Part shown: one piece after another, positions 1 to 11,347 of the stretch
How positions within the stretch are numbered: position 1 is the first letter of the stretch
How the letters are laid out: the number at the start of each line of letters is the position of its first letter
Assembly (NCBI RefSeq): GCF_963921235.1
Contig: NC_086097.1
Location: forward strand, 233,618,001-233,682,000
Length of the DNA stretch: 64,000 nucleotides
Direction: 5' to 3'
From: Mobula hypostoma
Taxonomy: Eukaryota
Translations under genes and position numbers: made by a program
Notes under the pieces: model-generated
Told to the model about the DNA's origin: nothing
The model's input: only the letters and a program-made list of their open reading frames with translations
Database searches by the model: none

Positions 1-850
1 CAAGTGCCTTTTTGTGCAATTGTTTGTAACAAAAGGGATTGTCATATGACATTTTGAACTAAAGGTTTTGGATTTTTTTTAGTTTGCATTTTACTAAATC
101 AGGACAATTAGCAGGGCAAAAGTATTTATGCTTACTTTTCTGTACATGGAAAGCAACAGCTCTTTAGTTAATTCACAAAGTATTTCTAAATTGTGCAACA
201 GTGCTTTTTACTTACAATTAAATGTCACATTCAATTTGTAGTAAACCTGTGTTTGTGTCACATGTTAAATGAGCAGAGTAGTTGGATTTGATTTTAACTG
301 GGCTTCGAGAATCAAAGCAAGGGTCAGATATTCCAGCTTCCCCTGGAACCTGAGAAGAATGTAATTTATTTGAAGTTCTGATGTTCCCGTTTGTTCACAC
401 AGGCAGAAATGACATCACTGTCAGAGAATTGGTATAAGAATTCATGGGATGTCATGCTGTTTCTAGGCAAATGATCTTTGGCAAGTAAATACAGAAATGC
501 GAGCAGGGTGGGTTTGGGTGTACCTTAAGACGGGAGCTATCGAAAGTAAAAGAAATGCAAATGTTGGAAATCCAAAACAGAAATAAAATGCCAGAAACAT
601 TCCAGAAGGTCAGGTGGAATTTAAGGAGGGAGAGGCAGAGTTAGACTCAGATTCATATTTATTTCTTTATGACATGTACATTGAAACATACAGTGAAATA
701 TGTCATTTGTGTTTACAACCAACACAACCTAAGGATGTATTGGGAGCCACCCACAAGTGTCGCCGCACATTCCAACACCGACACTGCAGGTCAAAAACGT
801 TCAGCAGAACAACACAAGCTACAGCAACAAAGCAGAAACAGCAAAGCGAG

Positions 851-1124
851 CCCGAGATTAGGAAAAACTTCTTCACACAGAGAGTGGTGAATCTGTGGAA
901 TTCTCTGCCACAGCAAACTGTTGAGGCCAGTTCATTGGCTATATTTAAGAGGGAGTTAGATATGGCCTTTGTGGCTACAGGGGTCAGGGGGTATGGAGGG
1001 AAGGCTGGGGCGGGGTTCTGAGTTGGATGATCAGCCATGATCATAATAAATGGCGGTGCAGGCTCGAAGGGCCGAATGGCTTACTCCTGCACCTATTTTC
1101 TATGTTTCTATGTTTCTATGTTTC
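851..1124 (+). mobile_element. CR1 LINE 3' fragment (family A)
   Basis: Near-identical to 24055-24320; encodes RKNFFTQRVVNLWNSLP; GGCC-GAAT-GGC hairpin and (TTTCTATG)n tail. Confidence 0.93.
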
Positions 1125-1779
1125 TTTCCTCCCTCTCACACACAGACTCTCTTCCAACCCCAGGACCTGTCATCTCCAGGCCTTACACATCCAGTGGACT
1201 TGCAGGTTCATAGACACAAGCCTCCTAGATCCCCTCTGGACTCACCAGCTTGCAGACCAAGGGCCTTGGCCTCTTGATTACCTGTTGCACCTGCAAAAAA
1301 AAAAACTTTTGTGAGTCACATACAAACACTTTCAAGTCCCTCTGCACATCAGCATGGATTTTCACCATCTAGATAATAATCTGACCTCACATTTACCAAC
1401 ATTGTGCTCCATTTGCCAGACCCTTTCCCACTCACTTAACCTACAGCACCATGCAAATTTTTAGGTACAGATACACAGCTAAAGTGCCTAAGCTTTTCTG
1501 CAGTAGTACATTTGTCAGTGTGGAGAGGAGGATAAGTTTGCAAATCTGCTGGGAGAAAAGGATGGTGGAAATGGTGAGGGTGGAGCACTGTGGGAAGGAT
1601 GTGGGACAGGTGGCAGAGAAGAAGCACCAGAGGCGGGAGATAAGGCAGGTACAGACACACCCAACTCTGAGACCCCAGGCAAGGTTATTTGATTCTGAAC
1701 AATTGGTTTATTGATTATTATAGAATGTCTCTCTGGTGATTCCCTCTCCCTCTCCCTTTCCTCAATGATGATTCTGTAG

Positions 1780-2215
1780 ACTTATCTGTAGAAGCCCTAC
1801 ACTCCATTCCCTCCTCCAAATTGTTAATGTATATTGTGAACATTAGTGACTCCTGTGGCTCTCCACTCAGCACTGACCACCAACCACAGAAATAACCGAT
1901 TATCCCAACTCTCTGCCTTCTATTGGTTAGCTAACCCTCTACTCATGCTAATGCATTGCCCCTAACTCCATGCATCCTTTTCTTATGTATATGTCTTTTA
2001 TGTGGCACCTTATCAAACCTTCTGGGAACCTAAGTATACAACATCTACCTGTTCTTCTCTATCCACTGCATTCACTATATCCTCAAAGAACTCAAGTAAG
2101 TTTGTCAAACTGGACCTGCCCTTCCTGAATCCATGCCGTGACCACCTATTTTAACCACACCTATCCAGATATTTCATTAATTTTTCCAGTAGCTTCAAGC
2201 ATTTTCCTGACTACT
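1780..2215 (-). mobile_element. Old CR1 RT fragment
   Basis: Reverse complement resembles the QHGF..GRS.LTNL.EFFE and FDKVPH coding segments; frameshifted. Confidence 0.65.
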
Positions 2216-4374
2216 GTTCAGACAACTGAGCCATCAGTGCTACACATGGAACCATTTGCGTTCATTCTTGATGTTTTTGAACAGGAAGCAAAGGTGTCTG
2301 CCTGAAGCTGGACAATGCCTTTTAACCTACAGATGGGTGAACAGTCACACAATCAGGTATCAGCCACTGACTTAATTTGGACCTCTACAAGGAATTTGAT
2401 CTTTTGTGTGTGAATAGGGACTGAGCAGTAACATTCTCTTTGTGCACCAGCAGGAAACCTGAAGCTGAGAGTGCTGAATAGACAAGAATTTAAAATTATA
2501 TCTTAAAAAAAAGTTAAAAAGAACTTCAACACTTCCACCTCACACTTTTGCCTTTCATTTTAAAGACAATGCGAATATTTATAATGAAAGAGCATTGTTT
2601 AAATGGGACTATGAGGAGAAGGACACTATACAACCCTTACTTGGAGACAAACGCTGTAGGACTGTAATGGGAGTGGTGAACTTTCACAGCTGTCTTCCTC
2701 CCTGCCACTTTATCCTTGGAGACGCCAATCCATCCAGTGCTGTAGAACAACAATGATTGGATGCCACAGAACTCGAGTGAGTGTCTGCCAGTACCGTCTG
2801 TGTGGGATCTTCACATTCTCACCATCACTACAAGGGTTTCTCTCAGGTGCTCCAAGACTGGCTGATTGGTCAGATCATTGCTCACTGGAAATCACTTGTG
2901 GTGTACGTAGCTGGGGAGGAACTCAGGGTGGAGTTGATGGAGATGTGTGAGAGAACGTGGGCATGCCACGTTGCCGTCAGAGTGTGTGGCAACATTGCAT
3001 GCTACATCTGTAGGTTGTGTTGGTTGTTAACGCAAATAACGCATTTCATTGACTGTTTTAAATATAGTGAAGAGGGATTCAGTGAAATTACAGGACTGTT
3101 TTGTGCAAAAATGCTTCAAAGCAAGACATAATACAGATCAAGATTTTACAGAAAGACCATAACTAGTCTATGCCACGGTTACAGGTCAAATGGAGTGGAA
3201 GCTGCTCTTTCCCTCTCCCCTCCCCATTCTGAGAAATACGTTGCCTTTATTGGACAGCCCCTGCTTTCATTATATGTAAGAATTCGCATTAACGATCAAA
3301 TTGAGTGTTTCCCACATCTGAGAATCTTCATTATTTGTTGCTCATTTGAGACTTCATTTCAAATGGCATGTCAGCCTCTGACTCACATAGTGAGCGCAAG
3401 TCCAGGGTGACACTTGGTTAATAAAAATCAGGATTTTTGGAATTAATTAAGAATGAATTTAAGTTCTGGCAATAATTAATCAACAAAGTCACAAGGACTC
3501 TCTTCCAAGGACACATGTAGAAATTTGTATTGGGGAATGCATAGTTTAAATCTTGAAACTGAGGACATCTCTGCCATTGATCTAAAATAGTCAAATTACT
3601 TCTTTGTCGTTTTGTCTTTACTATTTAACATTTTTCCCTGATATTTGCATCTAGCTTTAAGTTAGTTTTGTGGACAGTGCATGTGTAAAGGTTGCTGTAA
3701 TTCAACTGAAAGTGCATGCTTGCCATTTCAGTACCCTTTTGAGTTTGAGAGCATGAGTTAGCTGATGCACATTCACTAACCTTTTGCCTCAATCAGCATG
3801 ACATTCAATTTTTCCTTTCAAACACTTTTGCTGCAGTTCAGAATAAAGCTTCTTGCCAGTGCACCATATTTTCAGTTTGAGTTCCAGTGACTTTAGTTTC
3901 TGACCCATTGTTTTCTGGGTTCAGTAAAAATGATAAAAGTCACATTGTTGTTGAGATCTTACCAATTTCATTTGACCATTCTTGCCTAAGCTTTGCTGGT
4001 TTAACATCTGGTTCTGTCAATTAATTCAGCTAGCTGGCTCTCTTGTGTCCTTCACTGTTTAGTGAAGGGAATTTTAAATTTAGGTGACGCGGGAGGAAGA
4101 ATAAGCAAAATGGGTAAAATAGCAAATACTCCAAACCCCAGTAGTGGAAAATGAACTTTGGTACAGGATTAACGAGGACTTGTTGGTCCGTGTTGGCTCA
4201 ATCTGGAGAGATGTGTAGATGATTAGAATCTGACTCGTGGGCTCCATTCTTCAGCCTTGGAGACTCTTTAAATTTAAGAGAGGCCAGCCAGGCTCAAGAT
4301 ACTGACAGTGAAAATATAGGTCATCATATAACTACCTTGAGATTCATCTTACAGGCATCTACATTAAAATTTTA

Positions 4375-4612
4375 TTTAATTTAGAGATACAGCATGGTAC
4401 CAGGCCATTCTGGCCCAATGCCATCCAAATATACCCATGTGACCAATTAACCTACTAACCTGTATGGCTTTCTAATGCGGGAGGAAACCGATCATCTGGA
4501 GGAAACCCAGACAGTCACAGGAAGAATATAGAATCTCCTTACAGACAATTGTGGGATTTCAACCCCAGTTACTGGCGTTGCAAAGCAATGTGCTAATCTC
4601 TATGCCTCCATC
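4375..4612 (-). mobile_element. SINE (tRNA-headed family recurring in the window)
   Basis: Shares the gaccaattaacctactaacc..gggaggaaacc..ctccttacagac core with 5030-5295, 24530-24760 and 58005-58290. Confidence 0.65.
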
Positions 4613-4638
4613 CCATCTGAAGCTTAAGTATACCTGTC

Positions 4639-4709
4639 TAGAGATGCCGGGGATTAAACTGTGACCTCATACATGCAAAGTATGTGCTCTTCCACTAAAC
4701 TGCATCTCA
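4639..4709 (-). pseudogene. tRNA-Ala(TGC) pseudogene or retrocopy
   Basis: Minus strand GAGATGCAGTTTAGTGGAAGAGCACATACTTTGCATGTATGAGGTCACAGTTTAATCCCCGGCATCTCTA aligns along its length with vertebrate tRNA-Ala-TGC; B box and T stem damaged. Confidence 0.85.
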
Positions 4710-5029
4710 AAAAAAACCCAAGGAACTTATGAAAAACTATATATAAGCAAAGACTGCTAAACAATCAATGTGGAAAAGAAGACAAATTGTGCAAATAAAG
4801 AAATACAGAGAACATGAGTTGTAGAGTTCTTGAAAGTGAGTCTGTAGGCTGTGGAGTCATTTTACTGTTGAAATGAGTGAAGTTACCCACACTGGTTCAG
4901 GAGCCTGATGGTTGCAGAGTAATAAGGCTCCAGGCTCAAGGCTCCTGTACACCCTACCCAATGGTAGTAGCGAGACGAGAGTGTGACCTGGATCATGGGG
5001 GTCTTTGATGATGGCTGCTGCTTTCTTAT

Positions 5030-5295
5030 TAATTTAATGAGATACAGCACAGAATGGGCCCTTCCAGCTCTTCAAGTCATACTGCCCAGCACTCTTTGAT
5101 TTAACCCGAGCCTAATTATGGGAGAATTTACGATGTCCAATTAACCTATCAACCAGTACGTCTTTGGAATGTGGGAGGAAACCCACAGGGTCACGAGGAG
5201 AATGTACAAACTCCTTACTGGCAGTGGCAGGGATTGACCCTGGGTCGGGTCGCCTGCATTGTAAAGCGTTGTGCTAATCACTACGCTACCGTTCA
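5030..5295 (-). mobile_element. SINE
   Basis: Same core as 4375-4612. Confidence 0.65.
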
Positions 5296-5339
5296 TGTGG
5301 TAGCATTCCATGTAAACGTGAAATGAAAAGAGAAGTGAA

Positions 5340-5566
5340 GCAACCCTCACCAAGTGCTGGAGAAACTCAGCCGGCCAGGCAGCAACTATGGAAAAAAAAA
5401 TAGTCGACGTTTCAGTTCAAGACCCTTTGACAGGACCTGCTGAATGGTCTTGGCCCAAAACATCAACTGTACTTTTTTTCCATTGATGCTGCCTGGCCTG
5501 TTGAATTCCTCCAGAATTTCGTGTATGTTTCTTGGATTTCCAGCATCGGCAGATTGTCTCTTGTTT
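5340..5566. mobile_element. Inverted dimer of Penelope-like 3' termini
   Basis: Left arm is the reverse complement and right arm a direct copy of the Penelope terminus (36560-36657, 44040-44175); centre CAGG-A-CCTG at 5431-5439. Confidence 0.8.
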
Positions 5567-5908
5567 GAGAGAAGTTAAGTAGTGGCATTTCATTGAAAAG
5601 TGCTTTCTTACTGTTCTGGACCATGACCACCAGCACTGGTTCATTGGATTGCTCAATCAAATCCCCTGTTACGATCAACTAAGCACTTGTCTCCTCCTTT
5701 CTCCCCTCTCTTAACTAAATTAATCTTCTCTATCCAAACGGATCCTTTGATTTACTCACTTCCAGACTCCAAGAAGTATGGACTGACAGCAACATTCCCT
5801 CTACAATCACGATCAGCACAGGTGGAGCACAGGGCTCTGTGCTTAGCTGAGCATCAACTACAGAAAGAAGAACCAAGAAGTCATAGGGGAACAGAGGTGG
5901 AGAGGATC

Positions 5909-5985
5909 AGACAATAGACAATAGACAATAGGTGCAGGAGTAGGCCATTCAGCCCTTGGAGCCAGCACCGCCATTCACTGTGATC
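5909..5985 (-). mobile_element. CR1 3' tail inserted in a Rex-type LINE
   Basis: (CAATAGA)n tail and GGCCATTC hairpin; reverse complement of 46440-46520. Confidence 0.8.
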
Positions 5986-6680
5986 AACAGCTTTAAATTC
6001 CTTGGCATCAACCATATCTGTGGATATGTCCTGGATCCACACATAAGCGTCACCACAAAGAAGGCACCTCTACTTTCTTAGAAATTTGTGCAGTTTCGGC
6101 ATCTCATAAAATTCTAAAGATGGCCAATGGAGAGTATTATAACTGGTTGCGTCACGGTCTGGTATGGAAACGCCAATGCCCAGAAGTGGAAAAGGTTACA
6201 GAAGGTAACGGATACAACCCGGTCTATCACAGGGAAAGCTCTTCCCATCATTGAATACATTTACATGGAGCTCTGCCACAAGAAAGCAGCATCCATCATC
6301 AAAGACCCTTACCATCCAGGCTATGTCTTCTTCTTGCTACTACTATCAGGCAGGAGGTACAAGAGTCTCAGGTCCAACACCTCCAGATTAAAGAATAGTT
6401 ATTACCTTGCAATCCTGAACCAGCCTCAGTCCCCACTGTTCTGAACTGATTCTTGGACTTTCAAGAACTCTTTACATCTCATGTTCCCAGTATTATTTTT
6501 TATCTGCACAGTTCATTTTCTTTTGAACATCGTAATTTTTGTTAGTCTGTTTGTGTATAGTTTTTCATAAAATTCTATTGTATTTCTTTTTTACCCTTTT
6601 AAAACCGACAAAAAAATTAATCACAAGGTATTGTATAATAACATAAATGTATTTGGTAATAAATTAAATTTGAATTTTGC
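5986..6680 (+). mobile_element. Rex1/Babar-type LINE 3' fragment
   Basis: ORF 6127-6444 ESIITGCVTVWYG...IIKDPYHPG...SGRRY; upstream FKFLG motif. Confidence 0.8.
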
Positions 6681-6919
6681 AATTTGAATCCTGCTACTTG
6701 TCCTGTTTCCCTTCTATCTGTCAGTTATCTGTCCAACTACCCCCCGACCATTAGATCACCTCTCCAAGCTTGGAATGGTATCTATATGCTGACGAACACC
6801 TCCAGCCACCTTTGGCTGTGTAGTGCTGATTTTATTATCTGGCAGATAGCCAATTTCTAAGATGTATAAACTCATTATGTACCGGTGTATAATCTTCATG
6901 GCTCATGAATATATCCAGG

Positions 6920-7410
6920 CAGATGGAGCTTAATCCAGTGAAGTCTGGTATTACACTTTGGGACATCAAATGTAAAAGAACAATACACAACCAATAGCAG
7001 TACCTTTAACAGCATTGACGTACGGAGAGACCTCAAGTCTATGTCCATAGCTCCACTAATTGATCAGGTGGTAAAGAAGTCCATGATGTGCTTGTCTTTA
7101 TTAGTTGAGGCATTGCACTCAAGAGCCAGGAAGTTATGTTACAGATTTAATAAAGTCTGGTTAGGCTGCAGTTGGAGAAGTGCATTCCATTCTGGTCATT
7201 CCATTAAAAAATGGATGTGGAGACTTTGAGAGATTTACCTTAATGCAAACTGGATTAGAGGGCATGTGATATAAAGGAAAGGTGGACAAACTAGGGCTGT
7301 TTTCTCTGGGTTTGGATTGCATATCGAAAGACGTTGACAGAAGTTTATGAAACTATTAGAGGCATAGTTAGCCGGTACCTTTTTCCCAGGGTTGAAATGT
7401 CTAATGTTCT
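6920..7410 (+). mobile_element. Degraded CR1 ORF2 C-terminal fragment
   Basis: Similar to 42170-42690 with many indels. Confidence 0.65.
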
Positions 7411-7534
7411 ATAGATTGACCAGTCTATGTTATCGCAGCCTTTTGGTTATTGCCAGAAAACTTATAAGTATCCAGAGGTACCCATGCACCTACACCACAA
7501 AGGTAATGAAGGTCTAGTGAACTGTAAAAGATGA

Positions 7535-10200
7535 TATGACCATAAGATGTAGGAGCACAATTAGGCTATATGATCCATCGAGTCTCCTCTTCACTATTTC
7601 ATCATGTCTGATCTATTTTCCCTCTCAACCCCATTCTCCTGTCTTTTCTCCATAACCTTTGACACCCTTACTAATCAAGAACCTATCAACCTCCACTTTA
7701 AATATACTTAGTGACCTTCACAGCTGTTTGTGAATTCCACATGAAACCTTGAGGTTCCGTCGGCTGCGTAAGTCCAGGGAAGACAGTCTCTGGCTCCACC
7801 GAGCGTATGAGATTGAGGTGCAAAACCTCCTGTCTGTGCAGCTGCTGCGTGATGTGTTCCCCTGTTACAAATCAGTACCACATAGTAACAGACAGTTGAC
7901 CATATGCAATTAAACAATTTAGCTTTATAATTCTTAATTTCACCAAAGGGTTAGTAAAGATAAACAAAAAGAAAAGGGCCCATTTTAATGAAATAGTCTG
8001 ATATGCACAAGTTGGAGCTCACGGATTCCCTTCCGTTGGTCCTGCATCGATTTCCCCGGGCTTCATCAACTCTTGGCCCCACTCCAAGTCCACTCCTTTC
8101 TGGTGTCCATGACCTCTTCTTTCTGGCATCTTCTCTCTTCATCTTCAGCTGAACAAAAGACCCAGATCACCTCAGTTACGGGCACAACACATGGAAAAAA
8201 GCATTCCCTTCATTGAACAGTGTACGTTCCGAAGCCCCTGTTATCTCTAGCCATAACCCAAACACTGCTGCTGCAGAAAGACCATTACATTAGCAGTGCT
8301 TCTACAGAAAGACCATTACATTAGTAGTGAAACCTTTTCCAGGGTGTTACACTCTTGCCCCCACCAAATTTACTCATGTCCTCATGACATTGAGATAATT
8401 TGCTAACCCTTCATGCAAAGCACAAAGTCCAACCCATGTGTAAAAGGCAGTGACATAACTTCCCAAAGTGGTAGGAGCCTCACTCTATTGATAACAACCG
8501 GAATATCTTAGTTCTCAACTCTGCCGCAATCTCCTCTACCACTCCCTGAGGCAGGCTATCCGTGATCACTTCATCACGGGGGCCCACTACCGAGAACTGT
8601 ACCCTGCTGACAGAGGTCTCCCGCACATCTGACGCATTCTTCTCCTCTCGTACTTTTCTGATCAGCTCAACAAATGAGGAAGGGGGTACGCCTCACCAGT
8701 CAGTCGGAGACCCTAAGCGATCAGGTTTAGAGACTGGGCGCCTTTCGCTATTTGGTCCGTCCTTAATTGCTCCACCTCAGCCGTCCAAATGGCCCCTCTG
8801 TGCTGCAATCAATTTAGCTGCCTTTGTAGCTGAAAGATGAAGGCAGAAAGTTTCTCTCCCTTCTCATGACATGTTCTCAAACCCTGTCATGAGCTCCATT
8901 GAGCTTCCAGTCGCACCAAACATCTTCTCTAGTGCTTGCATGTAGGCTGCAGAAGTGGCAAGGGGGTTCTCACTACGTCAGCAGCCCGCCCTCTCAAACT
9001 TTCAACCAATCGCTGTCTCTTTACATCACCAGATCACTGCCACTCAGCTAACAACGGAGAGGTCTTCTCTGCCCAAGTCTCATACTCCTCTTTCCCTTCA
9101 GCGGTGGGCTTTGTTCCTGAGAACAGGCAGAGCCTACGATAGCTGGGACTTTGAACCTGGGCATTTTTCCATCTTACGCTGAAAAAAGACCCCGATCTTG
9201 GTCACAGGCACACAACAGGAAAGAAAACATTCCCTTCATTGGACGGTACACATTCCAACTAATTTCACTGCCATTACTTTAGCAGTGAAACCTTTCCCAG
9301 GTTGTTACACACAGATTCTTCACCCTCTGGCTGAAAAACACCTCATCATTGTTCTAAAGGGATGTCTTCTATTTTAAGTCTGTGCCCTCTTGTACTAGAT
9401 TCTCCCACTATTGGAAACATCCTCTCCATGTCCACTCTCTTAGCCCTTTCAATATTTGGTAGGATTCAATGAGATTCTCTCCTCAATATTCTAAACTCCG
9501 ATGAGTACATGCCCAGAGCTTTAAAACTCTCCTCATATATTAACCCTTACATTTCTGGGATCATTCTCATAAACCTCCTCAGGACTCGTCTGCATTACCA
9601 GCACATGCTTTCTTAAACATGGGGCCCAAATCTGCTCACAAAATACTCCAAATGTGGTCTGACCAATGGCTTACAAAAGCTCAGCATTCCACCCTTCCTT
9701 TCAGATTCTAGTCCTCTCAAAATAAATGCTAACATTGCATTTGCCTTCCTCACCACTGACTCAACCTGCAAGTCAACTTTCAGGGAATCCTGTGCTAGAA
9801 TTCCCAAAATCCCTTTGCACCTCCAGTTTCTGAATATGCTCCCCATTTAAAAAAACAGTCTCACATTTTCATTTCTTCTACCAAAGTGAATGACGATACA
9901 CTTCCCTACATCTGCCACTTCTTTGCCCTAATCTGTCCAAGTCCTTCGGCGGGCATCCTGCTTCCATGACACCACTTGCCCCTCCGTACAGATCTTTGGT
10001 CACAAAAGCATCAAACTTATTATCTGGATCATTAACATATAATGCAAAAAATAGCAGACACAACAGCAACCCCTATAAAACTCCACCAGTCACCAGCAGC
10101 CAACCTTTATTCCCACTCTTTGCTTTTTTCCAGTCAGCCAATCGTCTGTCCAGACTAAAATCTTTCCTGTAACATGATGGGCTCTCATCTTGTATAGCAA
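7535..10200 (-). mobile_element. CR1 fragment split by an LTR element
   Basis: 3' tail at 7535-7741 resumes at 9310; ORF 9613-9846 KANAMLAFI..LVRPHLEY. Confidence 0.8.
7742..9309 (-). mobile_element. Internally deleted LTR retroelement
   Basis: LTR 7742-8351 ends TGTTACA; 9181-9309 repeats its terminal part; purine-rich tract next to 8352 on the minus strand; CACA TSD at 7738-7741 and 9310-9313. Confidence 0.75.
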
Positions 10201-10354
10201 CCGAAGAAGTGGTTTTGCTTTGGGAGGCCCTCCCTATTCTCAAAGTACTTGGACTTCCCTCACTGCAAACACTCCTTTCCCTTCAGCACTTTGCCAATGA
10301 AAAGGATGACGAAAATAACCTCAGTGTTATGTGGCAGTGTCATATTTATTTACC

Positions 10355-10615
10355 TTAGAACATAGAACATAAAACATAGAAAATCTACAGCACATCACAG
10401 GCCCTTCGGCCTGCAATGCTGTGTTGACCATGCAACCTACTCTAGAAGCTGTCTAGAATTTCCCTACCCCATAGCCCTCTATTTTTCTAAGTTCCATGTA
10501 CCTATCTAAGTGTCTCTTAAAAGACCCTATTGTATCTGCCTCCATCACCTTCACTGGCAGTGCATGCCATGTTCCTCCCAGTTTCTGTGTGAAAAACTTA
10601 CCTCTGGTATCCCTA
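10355..10615 (-). mobile_element. CR1 3' fragment
   Basis: (AGAACAT)n tail and GGCCCTTCGGCC hairpin. Confidence 0.8.
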
Positions 10616-11347
10616 CTGTAACTTAATGGTATTAGTCTAAGGTATAAAAAAGGTTGGGAGCCCCCTAGCCTAGTTTCTCAATATCATTAAATAATCTCTG
10701 TTCTAGCTTCATCAAAGACCTCAATTGTCCAATACCACTCTCTTCCTCAAAACAATTGGTGACTATGTCTAATTATAGATTATGCATTTGTCTTCCTAAA
10801 CCCCTCTTAATCTCAACTCCAAATAGGTCTGCATTATTTAATGTTGTTAGATAGAAGACAAAATAGAGGGGTTAAAATTAGATTGGAAAACTAGATGGAA
10901 AGGAAGGGATATAATGAAAATGTTTTATAAGAAGCAATGAAGGCAGTTTTGAATTGTAGGAAAAAAATTATCTGCAACTAGAGAACTGTTTATAATATAA
11001 CTTAATATGGGTATTATCAGAACTATAATTGCAAATAAATTTTACAGCATTGTAATCCAATGAGCTTTCATCATTGTAAAATTCCAGGAAATTAAAAGAT
11101 TCTATTAGACTAATTTCAAAAATCAGACCCATAACTAAAGAAAAAGACAACGTCTGTTTTAATTGCACATAGGCAATTATCTGAGGCAATTATATAATAA
11201 TGAAAGAAGTTGATGAAGGGTAACTGAAGTATTTCACCACAACATAACTATATTAAGTTTTATAATACTTGCACAATCATTATCCTCCCTGGCATTATCC
11301 ATCCTTCCTAATGGAGAACTATTTTTGCTTCTATACATAGGCCACCG

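Noticed and set aside
614..1021. 135-aa ORF
   Set aside because: Chance read-through from older repeats into a CR1 3' fragment
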